Source of the DNA: Acidimicrobiales bacterium
Lineage (GTDB): Bacteria > Actinomycetota > Acidimicrobiia > Acidimicrobiales > JBBRAZ01
Length of the DNA: 64,000 nt
Assembly (NCBI GenBank): GCA_038206295.1
Contig: JBBRAZ010000017.1
Coordinates: 1,122-65,121, forward strand
Reading direction: 5' to 3'
The position numbers and the translations under genes were made by a program. Numbering within the stretch: the stretch's first letter is position 1; every line of letters begins with the position of its first letter. This document shows positions 41,384 to 50,840 of the stretch, in pieces. The notes under the pieces were generated by a model that did no database searches, was not told the DNA's origin, and was given only the letters and a program-made list of their open reading frames with translations.

Positions 41384-42742
41384 GTGGCCGACGCACCGCG
41401 CACGTACGAGGAGCTCACGGGGTGGGGACGCACCGCACCGACCGCGGCCACCGTGCACCACGCGGTCGGCGACGACGAGGTCGCGGCCGCGGCCCGCGCC
41501 GCGGCCGACGGCCGGGGCCTGATCGCACGCGGGATGGGGCGCTCCTACGGCGACGCTGCGCAGCGCGCGGGCGGCGACGTCGTATCGCTCACCGGCGACG
41601 ACGCCTTCACGCTCGATCGGGCCACCGGCGTGGTGACCGCGCGCGCCGGGGTCACCCTCGAGCGGCTCCTGCACCACCTCGTGCCCCGCGGCTGGTTCGT
41701 CCCCGTGTCGCCCGGCACCCGCCTGGTCACCGTCGGCGGTGCGGTCGCCTCCGACATCCACGGCAAGAACCACCACCGCGACGGCTCGTGGTGCGACCAC
41801 GTCCGCTCCATGCGCCTGGTCCTGGCGAGCGGCGAGGAGGTGACCGTCGGCCCGGACCAGGACCCCGAGCTGTTCTGGGCCACCGCCGGCGGGATGGGCC
41901 TCACCGGGGTGATCGTCGAGGTGGTCTTCCAGGCGCAGCCCATCACCTCGAGCCGCCTCATCGTCGACACCGACCGCACCCGGGACCTCGACGAGGTCAT
42001 CGAGCTGATGGCGTCGGGCGACGACGGCTACCACTACTCCGTCGCCTGGACCGACCTGCTCGCGCCGGGTCGGCGCCTCGGCCGCTCGGTGCTGACGCGC
42101 GGGCGCTTCGCCACCGCCGAGGAGTCGGGCCTCGACTCGCCGCTCGCCTACCGGGCCGCCGAGCTGGTGCGCGCGCCGCCGGTCGCCCCCTCGAGCCTGC
42201 TCAACGGACTGTCCATCCGCGCCTTCAACGAGCTCTGGTTCCGCACGGCGCCGCGCCTGCGTCGCGACGAGCTCCAGACGATCCCCACGTTCTGGCATCC
42301 GCTCGATCTCGTCGGGGGCTGGAACCGCCTCTACGGTCCCGGCGGGTTCGTGCAGTGGCAGATGGTGGTCCCCGACGCCGCGACCGATGCGCTTCGCACC
42401 ATCTGCCGACGACTCGGCGCCGAGCACGTGCCGTCGTTCCTCACGGTCCTCAAGCGCTTCGGCGCCGGCAACCCCGGCCCGCTGTCGTTCCCGATGGCTG
42501 GGTGGACCCTGGCGCTGGACATCCCGGCGCGCACCGCGGGGCTCGCACCCCTGCTCGACGAGCTGGACGACCTCGTCGCCGGGGTCGGCGGCCGCGTCTA
42601 CCTCGCCAAGGACAGCCGCCTGCGCGCATCGCTGGTGCCGACCATGTACCCCCGGCTCGACGAGTGGCGGGCGGTGCGCGAGCGCGTCGATCCCCACGGC
42701 GCGCTGCGCAGCGACCTCGCCGTGCGCCTCGACCTCTGCTGA
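41384..42742 (+). CDS. dprE1: Decaprenylphosphoryl-ribose oxidase (DprE1-like FAD oxidoreductase)
   Basis: LTGWGR, RGMGRSYGDAAQ, PGTRLVTVGGAVASDIHGKNHH, GGMGLTG, LKRFG and YLAKD. Confidence 0.88.
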   Translation: MADAPRTYEELTGWGRTAPTAATVHHAVGDDEVAAAARAAADGRGLIARGMGRSYGDAAQRAGGDVVSLTGDDAFTLDRATGVVTARAGVTLERLLHHLVPRGWFVPVSPGTRLVTVGGAVASDIHGKNHHRDGSWCDHVRSMRLVLASGEEVTVGPDQDPELFWATAGGMGLTGVIVEVVFQAQPITSSRLIVDTDRTRDLDEVIELMASGDDGYHYSVAWTDLLAPGRRLGRSVLTRGRFATAEESGLDSPLAYRAAELVRAPPVAPSSLLNGLSIRAFNELWFRTAPRLRRDELQTIPTFWHPLDLVGGWNRLYGPGGFVQWQMVVPDAATDALRTICRRLGAEHVPSFLTVLKRFGAGNPGPLSFPMAGWTLALDIPARTAGLAPLLDELDDLVAGVGGRVYLAKDSRLRASLVPTMYPRLDEWRAVRERVDPHGALRSDLAVRLDLC

Positions 42743-42764
42743 GCGGCGCACCTGCCGCCTGCCC

Positions 42765-43370
42765 TCAGGCGGACTCGGAGCGCAGCCCCTCGATCCAGGC
42801 CCACGCTCGAGCCACCTCGCCGTCGAGGTCCTCCAAGGTCCCGCCGTTGTCGATGACGAGATCCGCTCGAGCGAGGCGGTCGTCGCGATCCACCTGGGCA
42901 GCGATCCGCCGACGAGCGTCGTGGTCGCTGAAGCCGCGGTGCTCGACGAGCCTCGCAACCGCCACCTCGGGATCGACGTCGACGACGATGAGGGCCGCCA
43001 CGTCGTCGCGCCCGGACTCCACGAGCAGCGGCACGTCGAGCACGACCACGTCGTCGGTGCCGACGGCCTCCTCGAGGCGGCGAGCGATCTCCACGCCCAC
43101 CGCGGGGTGCACGATGGCGTTGAGATCCGCCAGCGCGGCGCCATCGGAGAACACGACGGCGGCGACCGCAGGCCGGTCCAGCGTCCCATCGGCGTGCAGG
43201 ATCCCCCCGCCGAAGCGCTCGACCATCGCCGCGAGGACCTCCTGGCCAGGAGCCTGCAGCTCGCGGGTGATCGCGTCCGCATCGATGATGCGCGCGCCGC
43301 GACGGGCGAGTCGCTCCGACACCGAGGACTTCCCCGAGCCGATGCCGCCGGTGAGGCCGATGAGGAGCAT
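42765..43370 (-). CDS. coaE: Dephospho-CoA kinase
   Basis: IGLTGGIGSGKS, DADAI, LDRPA, IVHP and DVPLL. Confidence 0.96.
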   Translation of the reverse strand: MLLIGLTGGIGSGKSSVSERLARRGARIIDADAITRELQAPGQEVLAAMVERFGGGILHADGTLDRPAVAAVVFSDGAALADLNAIVHPAVGVEIARRLEEAVGTDDVVVLDVPLLVESGRDDVAALIVVDVDPEVAVARLVEHRGFSDHDARRRIAAQVDRDDRLARADLVIDNGGTLEDLDGEVARAWAWIEGLRSESA

Positions 43371-43460
43371 CGGCGGACCGTAGCGCGCCAGACCCCGGCG
43401 CGAGCCGCCCGCTACGCTCGCGGCGGCGTCACCCGCCCGAGCCGGACGACGGGACGATCG

Positions 43461-45341
43461 ATGGCCACCGAGGAACGCACATCCACGCTGGACGCCGCTG
43501 ACGTCGCCGCACCCGAGCACGCGCCTGACGCCGGCGACGGCACCGCAGCGTCCGCCAGCTCGGCCGCCAAAGGGTCCCGGGCGCAGGGGGAGACACCGGA
43601 GATCGTCCCCCTGGCCGAGCGCATCACCCGGATCGGCGACCTCAGCGACGGCTCGATCGACGACGACGACCTCGACTCCAGCGCCGGGCTCTTCGACAGC
43701 TTCGACCGCGTCGCCACGTTCGGGCCCGCCATCCTCGCCATCCGCTGGGGCACCACCGCGCTGTCGGTCGGCCTCGCTGCGCCCGAGATGGCCGAAGGCA
43801 ACCTCGTGATGGCGATGTGGTCGGTCGTCGTCATCGCCTACTCGGTGCTGCGAACCCAGCTGCCGATCCGCTACATGGGCAACGTCCGCTCCCTCACCGA
43901 GGTCATCGCGGAGGCCACGCTGCACGTCCTGGTGCTCGCCACCACCGGCTTCTGGGAGTCCCCGTTCGTCTTCACCCTCATCACCGCGGTGACCGTGGCC
44001 GGGTTCGCTCGCGGCTTCGGGTTCGCGCTGCGCATCGCGTCGGTCTCCGCGATGAGCGTCAACATCCCGTACCTGATGCGCGCCGACGCGAGCACCGAGG
44101 AGTTCCTCCTGTCGGTGCGCACCTCGGCGGTCCTGCTGCTGATCGCGGTGGTCAGCGGCTGGGCTCGACGGATCTCCGGCGAGGCCGATCGCCAGCGCAC
44201 CCTCGCCCTGCACCGGCTCGACCGCCTGTCCGATGCCAACGCGCTGCTGTCGAACCTCCACCGGGTGGCCCAGACGCTTCCGGCGTCGCTCGACATCGAT
44301 GACGTGATGGACACCACCCTCACCCGGCTCCGCAGCCTGGTGGAGTTCGACGCGGTGGTGGTCGCCGCCCTCGATGACACCGATGCAGGCTGGGACGTGC
44401 TGCGCCGCGAAGGCTGCCGAGCAGCGCTGCGCATCTCCGGCGACGAGCTGCTCCCGGTGCTCGCGCGGGCGGTGGCCGCCGACGAGGTCGTGGTCGTCGA
44501 CCACGCCCTCCAGGAGGAGCTGGGATTCTCGAACCGGGCCACCAGCGGCATCTACGCGCCGCTGCCGGCGCGTGGCGCGGTCATGGGCTTCCTGGCCCTC
44601 GAGCGCACCGGCGTCGACCCGTTCAACGAGCGCGACCTGCGGGTGGTGCGAGGCTTCGCCGAGCCGATGGGCCTCGCCATCGACAACGCCCGATGGTTCG
44701 CACGGCTGCGCACCGTGGGAGCCGACGAGGAGCGGACCCGCATCGCACGCGACCTGCACGACCGCATCGGCCAGTCGCTGGCCTACCTCGCCTTCGAGCT
44801 GGACCGCATCGTCGGCGCCAACGAGCGGGGTACGTCGGTGGGTCCCGACCTCGACCAGCTCCGCAACGACGTGCGCGGGGTCATCGGCGAGGTGCGCGAC
44901 ACGCTGTACGACCTGCGCACCGACGTCTCGGAGAGCAACGACCTGGCCAGCACGGTCGAGCAGTACGTCGCCCGGGTGCGCGACCGCAGCGGTCTGGCCA
45001 TCCACCTCCTGCTCGATCGCAAGCACCGCTTGCCCATCCTCCAGGAGCGCGAGCTCTGGCGGATCTGCCAGGAGGCGCTCACGAACATCGAGCGTCACGC
45101 CGATGCCGCCGAGGTGCGCATCGAGTGGCGGTGCGACGGCCGCACCGGCCACCTCGAGATCAGTGACGACGGACGAGGGTTCCCCGTCGGAAGCGCCGGT
45201 CGCCTCGACTCCTACGGGATCCTCGGCATGCGTGAGCGGGCATCGAGCATCGGTGCCACCCTCGAGCTGCTGAGCGAGCCGGGCGCAGGGTCGACGGTGC
45301 GGTGCTCGCTGATCCCTCCGCTGTCTCCCGCACACCGCTGA
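43461..45341 (+). CDS. Membrane sensor histidine kinase (TM + GAF + HisKA_3 + HATPase, NarX-like)
   Basis: About 5 TM helices, GAF-like region, ERTRIARDLHD, EALTNIERHA, DDGRGF and GILGMRERA. Confidence 0.92.
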   Translation: MATEERTSTLDAADVAAPEHAPDAGDGTAASASSAAKGSRAQGETPEIVPLAERITRIGDLSDGSIDDDDLDSSAGLFDSFDRVATFGPAILAIRWGTTALSVGLAAPEMAEGNLVMAMWSVVVIAYSVLRTQLPIRYMGNVRSLTEVIAEATLHVLVLATTGFWESPFVFTLITAVTVAGFARGFGFALRIASVSAMSVNIPYLMRADASTEEFLLSVRTSAVLLLIAVVSGWARRISGEADRQRTLALHRLDRLSDANALLSNLHRVAQTLPASLDIDDVMDTTLTRLRSLVEFDAVVVAALDDTDAGWDVLRREGCRAALRISGDELLPVLARAVAADEVVVVDHALQEELGFSNRATSGIYAPLPARGAVMGFLALERTGVDPFNERDLRVVRGFAEPMGLAIDNARWFARLRTVGADEERTRIARDLHDRIGQSLAYLAFELDRIVGANERGTSVGPDLDQLRNDVRGVIGEVRDTLYDLRTDVSESNDLASTVEQYVARVRDRSGLAIHLLLDRKHRLPILQERELWRICQEALTNIERHADAAEVRIEWRCDGRTGHLEISDDGRGFPVGSAGRLDSYGILGMRERASSIGATLELLSEPGAGSTVRCSLIPPLSPAHR

Positions 45342-45420
45342 AGCGGCAGCGCCGTTCGCAATCGGCGACCGAGGCCCAGCGAGTAGCCTCGCAGCACCAC
45401 GAGGGAACCCGGGGGCCCAG

Positions 45421-46065
45421 GTGACGATCCGGCTGCTGCTCGCCGATGACCACAAGATGCTGCGCGAGGCGCTGCGCCGAGCCATGACCGAGCACGGGCT
45501 CGACGTCGTGGGCGAGGCCGCCGACGGCGAGGAGGCGGTGCACCTCGCCGCCGAGCTCGAGCCCGACATCATCCTCATGGACGTCACGATGCCCATCCTC
45601 GATGGTGTCGAGGCCTGCCGACAGGTGCGCGAGCGCCGACCGGAGACCCGCGTCGTGATGCTCACGATGCACGCCGACCAGGAGGTGCTCGCCTCTGCGG
45701 TGCGCGCCGGAGCGAGCGGCTACCTGGTCAAGGACTGCTCGATGGAGGAGATCGTCCAGGCGGTGCGCATGGCGGCCAACGGCGACACGGTGCTCTCACC
45801 GAAGCTGGCGGCCTCGATGCTCGAGGAGGTCCGCAACCTCGACCGCGAGCAGCCTCCCGAGGAGCGGGTCGTGACAGCGCGCGAGGAGGAGGTGCTCCAG
45901 CTCATCGCGGACGGCTGCAGCACGCCGGAGGTCGCCGAGCGGCTGTTCATCAGCCAGAAGACGGTCAAGAACCACCTCGCGTCGATCTACCAGAAGCTCG
46001 ACGCCCGCGATCGCACGCAGGCGGTGCTCGCGGCGGTGCGCATGGGCATCGTCAGGCTGGATTGA
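45421..46065 (+). CDS. NarL/LuxR-family response regulator
   Basis: LADDH, MDVTMP, LTM, GYLVK; HTH TAREEEVL...TVKNHL. Confidence 0.95.
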   Translation: MTIRLLLADDHKMLREALRRAMTEHGLDVVGEAADGEEAVHLAAELEPDIILMDVTMPILDGVEACRQVRERRPETRVVMLTMHADQEVLASAVRAGASGYLVKDCSMEEIVQAVRMAANGDTVLSPKLAASMLEEVRNLDREQPPEERVVTAREEEVLQLIADGCSTPEVAERLFISQKTVKNHLASIYQKLDARDRTQAVLAAVRMGIVRLD

Positions 46066-46103
46066 TCCACTACCATCTGTCTGGTCGATCGCCGGAGCGG
46101 TCT

Positions 46104-46128
46104 CCATTCCCATCTTCGATGGAAATGG
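46104..46128. promoter_or_regulatory. Inverted repeat CCATTCCCATC-TTC-GATGGAAATGG upstream of flp
   Basis: 10/11 symmetric arms in the A/T-richer interval between the response regulator and the pilin. Confidence 0.45.
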
Positions 46129-46236
46129 GCCGTACTTCCTATACAGATCTCCTTCGGTGGTGACGATAATCACTGAAGTAGAAAGCCCAGCCCCGGGCTC
46201 AGGGGTACGTTGCATCAGCACAGAAGGAAGATAACT

Positions 46237-46434
46237 ATGACCTCGATCCAGACCCTTGGCGCATGGCTGCAGGCTCGGCTCACCGTCGATGAGCGTGGCG
46301 CCTCCCTCGTGGAGTACGCCCTTCTCGTTGCCCTGATCGCCGTGGTGTGCATCCTCGCCATCAGCTTCCTGGGCGGCGCTGCGTCTTCGCAGTTCAGCTC
46401 GGTCGGCAACTCCATCTCGACCGCCGGCTCCTGA
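46237..46434 (+). CDS. flp: Flp family type IVb pilin
   Basis: DERG|ASLVEYALLVALIAVV Flp cleavage and E-Y motif; ATG after an AGAAGGAAG RBS. Confidence 0.95.
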   Translation: MTSIQTLGAWLQARLTVDERGASLVEYALLVALIAVVCILAISFLGGAASSQFSSVGNSISTAGS

Positions 46435-46451
46435 GCCGACTCAGTCGAAAC

Positions 46452-46485
46452 CAGAAGGGGCGGGGCTTCGGCCCCGCCCCTTCTG
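46452..46485. terminator. Strong hairpin between convergent flp and tad transcripts
   Basis: Perfect 15-bp stem CAGAAGGGGCGGGGC/GCCCCGCCCCTTCTG with a C(TTCG)G tetraloop. Confidence 0.85.
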
Positions 46486-46549
46486 CGCGTCTGGGGTCAG
46501 GTCGCGACGCCCGCAGGTGCCCGATCGCACATCGTGATGCCCTGCGGCG

Positions 46550-47992
46550 TCAGCAGCCCTGTGCTCCACGCCGGCAGAAGGCGCGGAACGTGTCGTCGGT
46601 CCACACGAGCCGCCAGTCGGTCGACTGCAGCAGCAGGCTCTCCAGCGGCTGGTCGCGATGCCAGATGACCGCCACGCCATCCCACCGGTCGAGCACCTCC
46701 TCCCACCGCAGCGCCCCGACGGTGAGCGCGAAGTAGTCGGCGCTCACCGCAGCCGGGTACATGTCGAAGCGATCGTCGAAGAAGACCGGCTCGCCGAGAT
46801 CGAGCTGCTCCATGACGTTGCCCACGTAGTCGTGGGTGATGAGCCGGGTGCGGTCCCCGTCTCCGATCACGCCGCGCTCATCGAGGTGCGCCAGCGCATC
46901 GATGGGATAGGCGTCGTATCGGATGTCGGGGCTCGAGGTCACCCCGATCGCCAGCAGGGTCGCGCCGAGCGCCACCATCGATCCCGCGAGCGCCGCGCCG
47001 AGCGTGCTGCGGTCGTCGCCTCGGATCGAGCCGAGATCTGCGAGGCCGCGGGCGGCGCCCGGCACCAGCACGACCACCGCGACGCCGATGTTGCGCATGG
47101 CCAGCAGCGACAGCGGGACGAACACCAGCAGCGGAACCGCCACCGACCACGACGGACGTCGCACGAGCGCCGCGATCGACACCGCCACCAGCACCAGGTA
47201 GGCGAGCATCCACCGATCCTGGAAGCTCGCCGCCTGCCACTCGACGACGCTCTGCAGCACCTCGCGCTGACCCAGGAGGTGCAGCGGGAACACCAGCAGC
47301 TTCGGCCCGATCGGATTGACGGCCGCCAGCACGATGCCCGCCACGGTGAACGCCAGCGCCTTGGGCGCGCGTCCCAGCGGGGCCCGGTCGAGCCCGCGGC
47401 CGATGCCGATCGAGACCAGCAGGACCACCGCGAGGGGGAACGATCCGTGGGTGTTGACCCACACCCACATCACGGGGAGCACCACCCACATCGGCAGGCG
47501 CTCCTCGACCACGAGCAGCAGCATGGCCACACCCAGGAGCCCGAACATGAGGGGTCGCTCGAACGACCACGCGCCCGAGCCCACCGCCACCGCCAGCGCT
47601 GCGACCGCGAGCCGAGGAAGGACCGTGCGCGCAGGCGCGGTCAGCGCCCAGATGCACGCGACCAGCGCCACCATGGTCAGCGCCAGTCCGAGGCGCAGCC
47701 CCGCCGGGCCGAACCACGCCTCGGACTGCGCGTACAGCAGCGATGCGAACCAGCTCTGCACCACCCACGGCTCACCTCGGGCGGTGAACGAGTAGGGATC
47801 GACGGTCGGCACCCCGCTCTCGAGGATGCGCCGCCCCGTGGCCAGGTGCGTCAAGAAGCTGTTGTCGTGCAGCGGCTTCGTCGAGAGCCGTACCGCCCAC
47901 ACCAGCAGGCCTGCGGCCATCGCTGCATCGAGGGTGGCGCCGCGGGCGTGCGCGGCGCCCGACTCGCTGGGAGCGCTGGGGTCGGGCATCAT
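46550..47992 (-). CDS. Polytopic membrane protein, putative GT-C-type transferase, last gene of tad operon
   Basis: HDNSFLTHLATGR...DPYSFT..GEPW...SW loop, NTHGSF, EWQ and FFDDRFDMY; 10 bp downstream of tadC. Confidence 0.7.
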   Translation of the reverse strand: MMPDPSAPSESGAAHARGATLDAAMAAGLLVWAVRLSTKPLHDNSFLTHLATGRRILESGVPTVDPYSFTARGEPWVVQSWFASLLYAQSEAWFGPAGLRLGLALTMVALVACIWALTAPARTVLPRLAVAALAVAVGSGAWSFERPLMFGLLGVAMLLLVVEERLPMWVVLPVMWVWVNTHGSFPLAVVLLVSIGIGRGLDRAPLGRAPKALAFTVAGIVLAAVNPIGPKLLVFPLHLLGQREVLQSVVEWQAASFQDRWMLAYLVLVAVSIAALVRRPSWSVAVPLLVFVPLSLLAMRNIGVAVVVLVPGAARGLADLGSIRGDDRSTLGAALAGSMVALGATLLAIGVTSSPDIRYDAYPIDALAHLDERGVIGDGDRTRLITHDYVGNVMEQLDLGEPVFFDDRFDMYPAAVSADYFALTVGALRWEEVLDRWDGVAVIWHRDQPLESLLLQSTDWRLVWTDDTFRAFCRRGAQGC

Positions 47993-48002
47993 CCCGACCG
48001 AC

Positions 48003-48929
48003 TCAGAACGCCTCGCGCATGTTGATGATCGCGGGACCGATGACCACCACGAACAGGCCGGGGAACACGCAGAACACCATCGGGATCAGCATCTTCACCG
48101 GTGCCTTCATGGCCTGCTCCTGCGCCATCTGCCGGCGCTTGATGCGCATCTCCTCCGCCTGCGAGCGCAGCACCTTGGAGATGGACACGCCGAAGGTGTC
48201 GGCCTGGAGGACCGCCAGCACGAACGACCGGACCTCCGAGACGTTGGTGCGCTCCTCGAGGGCGCGGAGCGCATCAGCGCGCGACGAGCCCGCCCGGACC
48301 TCGCCCAGCATGCGGGCGAACTCCTCGGAGAGGGGCCCCGGGACTGCATCGATGGTGCGGTCGATCGCCTGCTCGAAGCCGAGGCCTGCCTCGACGGAGA
48401 TGGTCAGCAGATCGAGGATGTCGGGCAGCGAGCGGCGGAGGATGAACTGCCGCTCCGACAGCGCCTTGTCCAGCTGCGAATCCGGCCCCATCACGAAGAG
48501 GAACAGCAGGACGCCGAACAGGATGAGCTGCGGCATCCCCGCGACGCCCAACGGATTCCAGATGAAGGCGAAGATGAAGGAGAACGGCGAGAGGGCGATC
48601 ATCACGACCTTGGTCGCGAGGAACCGGTCGAACTCCTCCGGCGACCCCTTGCCAGCGCACTGCAGCTTGTGGCGCGCGGTGTCGACGTAGCCGACCGGCG
48701 TGAAGCGGCGCCCGAGGCCGACGACCTGACCGATGATCGGCGTGAGGGTGCGCTCGCGCAGCGGAACGAGGAGCTCCTGGTCGCGGACGCTCTCGACCTC
48801 GTACTCCTCGAGCTGCCGCAGCGTCTCGCGCATCGCAGCCTTGTCGTTCGCGCTGGACCCGATGGTCCACACGATGAGGACGACGCAGAGCGCAACCCCG
48901 ATGATGCCGATGAGCAGTTGAGTGTCCAT
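48003..48929 (-). CDS. tadC: Tad pilus inner-membrane platform protein TadC
   Basis: T2SS-F domain LPDILDLLTISVEAGLGF...AEEMRIKRRQ...KAPVKM. Confidence 0.93.
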   Translation of the reverse strand: MDTQLLIGIIGVALCVVLIVWTIGSSANDKAAMRETLRQLEEYEVESVRDQELLVPLRERTLTPIIGQVVGLGRRFTPVGYVDTARHKLQCAGKGSPEEFDRFLATKVVMIALSPFSFIFAFIWNPLGVAGMPQLILFGVLLFLFVMGPDSQLDKALSERQFILRRSLPDILDLLTISVEAGLGFEQAIDRTIDAVPGPLSEEFARMLGEVRAGSSRADALRALEERTNVSEVRSFVLAVLQADTFGVSISKVLRSQAEEMRIKRRQMAQEQAMKAPVKMLIPMVFCVFPGLFVVVIGPAIINMREAF

Positions 48930-48935
48930 GGTGCC

Positions 48936-50840
48936 TCAGATGTCGATGTCGATGATCTTCTTCATCCACACGAAGCCGACGAGCGTGGCGACCGTGGCGA
49001 GACCGAGCAGGATGTTTCCCAGCGTGTGCGTGAAGAGCGTCTCCATGTAGGTCGGGTTGATCGTGTACATCGTGACGCCGAGACCGGGCGGCATGATGCC
49101 CAGCACGATCGCCGAGACCCGGCCCTCGGCGGTGAGCGCCGAGATCTCGCCCCGGAGGCGCTCTCGCTGGATCATGGTGTCGGCCACCGTGATGAGCAGC
49201 TCGGCGAGGTTGCCGCCGACCTCGCGCTGGATACCGATGGCCATGACCGCCCAGGCGAAGTCCTGGCTCTGCATGCGCTCAGCGGTGCCGTTCAACGCAT
49301 CCTCGAGCGAGCGTCCGAGTCGAGCCTCGGTCACGACTCGGCGCAGCTCGTCGCCCATCGGACCGTCGACCTCCTGGGAGACCGCCTCGACGCCCTGCAT
49401 GAGCGAGAATCCGGCGCGCAGGGTGCCGGCGAGCAGCTGGAGCATGTCGGGGAGCGCTGCCATGAACTGCTTCTTGCGCTGCCCGGCCTTGAAGCTCACG
49501 ACCGCTGGCGGCACGAGCACGCCGAGCACGGCCATGAACAGCAACCCGATCACGCCGCCGATCAGGACGAAGCCGAGCACCATGAGCACCAGGACGATCA
49601 GCAGGTAGAAGAACAGCGCCTCAGCAGCGCGCAGCGGGATCTTCGCCTGCTCCAGCGCGACCTCGGTCTTGCCCAGGAACCCCTGCTGCTCGGCCACCTG
49701 CTCGGTCAGATCGACGGCCCGCTGGACGATCGCGCTCTTGATCCGAGTGCCCTCGCCCTCCTCGTCCTCTGGGAGGTAGCCCTCGGTGTACATCGAGAGC
49801 GCATCGGAGAGCTCGTTGTCGCGGGTGAAGATGACCGCCAGGCTGTAGACGATGCCGGTGACCGCGGCGAGGACGAGCACGATGCCGAGCATGAGCCCGA
49901 GGGTTCCGCTGAGGAAGCCGAGCGGGCTGCCGCCCGCCGGCGGCGTGGGCTCGAGCGACGCCTTGCCGCTGGTGATCTGGCCGACGCCGTACTCGTAGCC
50001 AAGGGTCTCGCCGCCGACGGCGAGCGTGCCAACCACCGTGTCGAGCTCGGTCGCCGGCGCGGCGTAGGAGATGGTGTAGAGGTTGGTGGCATCGAGCGCC
50101 GCATCCTCGAGCGCCGCGTCGAGCTCGGTGGGCTTGTCGGTCTGGCGGTAGCTGCCACCGGTGTCCGCGGCCAGGCCCTGGAGCTGCGAGGAGGAGAAGG
50201 ACGCTGTCGCCAGGCCCACCACGTTGAGACGGGCATCCGCGCTGGTGAGCGCACCGCGGGCGGTGCCCACGCCCCCGTTGGAGCCGTCGTCGGGCGTGCC
50301 GGTCACGACGATGACAGTGCTGCCCGGCACGTCCTCCTGGCCGAGCACCCGCGCTGCGCCCGCGATCGAGTCCCACAGCGTGTTGCCACTGCGGGCGGTG
50401 ACCCGATCGATCGCCTCGAGGAGCACCGCCTTGTCGGCGGTGAACGGCGACATCTTCCGCACGCGATCGCTCGAGGAGTAGATCGCGATCTCCAGGCCGT
50501 CGCTAGCCTCGACGACGGCCTTCGCCGCCTCGCGGCTGGTGACGAGGCCACCGGCCTCCTCCAGCGCTGCGCTGGCCTCGATCAGGATCACGAGGCGCTG
50601 CTGCGCTGCAGGCACCGACGCTGCGGGAGCGGTGACCCGCGCCTGCTCGCCCTCCACGGCGATCTTGGCATCGGCGAGCTGCTCGGGTGGCGCGTCGGAC
50701 CGCACGACGAGCGTGACGGCTTCGTCGTTGGTGGCGTCGACGGTGACCACCTGGCTCGGACGTCGGTCCTGCGCACCTGCGGTGGCGGGCAGCAGGACTG
50801 CGAGCACCGCCGCGACCAGGAGGAGGATCCTGCGGGTCAC
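48936..50840 (-). CDS. tadB: Signal peptide + VWA-like domain fused to TadB
   Basis: N-terminal signal, VWA-like core (LVILIEAS, TLWDSI, VIVVTG), C-terminal LPDMLQLLAGTLRAG...REVGGNLAE. Confidence 0.88.
   Translation of the reverse strand: MTRRILLLVAAVLAVLLPATAGAQDRRPSQVVTVDATNDEAVTLVVRSDAPPEQLADAKIAVEGEQARVTAPAASVPAAQQRLVILIEASAALEEAGGLVTSREAAKAVVEASDGLEIAIYSSSDRVRKMSPFTADKAVLLEAIDRVTARSGNTLWDSIAGAARVLGQEDVPGSTVIVVTGTPDDGSNGGVGTARGALTSADARLNVVGLATASFSSSQLQGLAADTGGSYRQTDKPTELDAALEDAALDATNLYTISYAAPATELDTVVGTLAVGGETLGYEYGVGQITSGKASLEPTPPAGGSPLGFLSGTLGLMLGIVLVLAAVTGIVYSLAVIFTRDNELSDALSMYTEGYLPEDEEGEGTRIKSAIVQRAVDLTEQVAEQQGFLGKTEVALEQAKIPLRAAEALFFYLLIVLVLMVLGFVLIGGVIGLLFMAVLGVLVPPAVVSFKAGQRKKQFMAALPDMLQLLAGTLRAGFSLMQGVEAVSQEVDGPMGDELRRVVTEARLGRSLEDALNGTAERMQSQDFAWAVMAIGIQREVGGNLAELLITVADTMIQRERLRGEISALTAEGRVSAIVLGIMPPGLGVTMYTINPTYMETLFTHTLGNILLGLATVATLVGFVWMKKIIDIDI

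Noticed and set aside
39731-42742. Mycobacterial-type arabinogalactan/mycolate envelope
   Set aside because: No emb/aft, glf or mycolyl-transferase genes are visible; dprE/ubiA homologues serve other glycans in non-mycolate bacteria.
46184-46206. Possible H-type pseudoknot in the flp leader (AGCCC/GGGCT with loop CCCC pairing GGGG)
   Set aside because: Connecting loop is only about 2 nt and such pairings arise by chance at this GC content.
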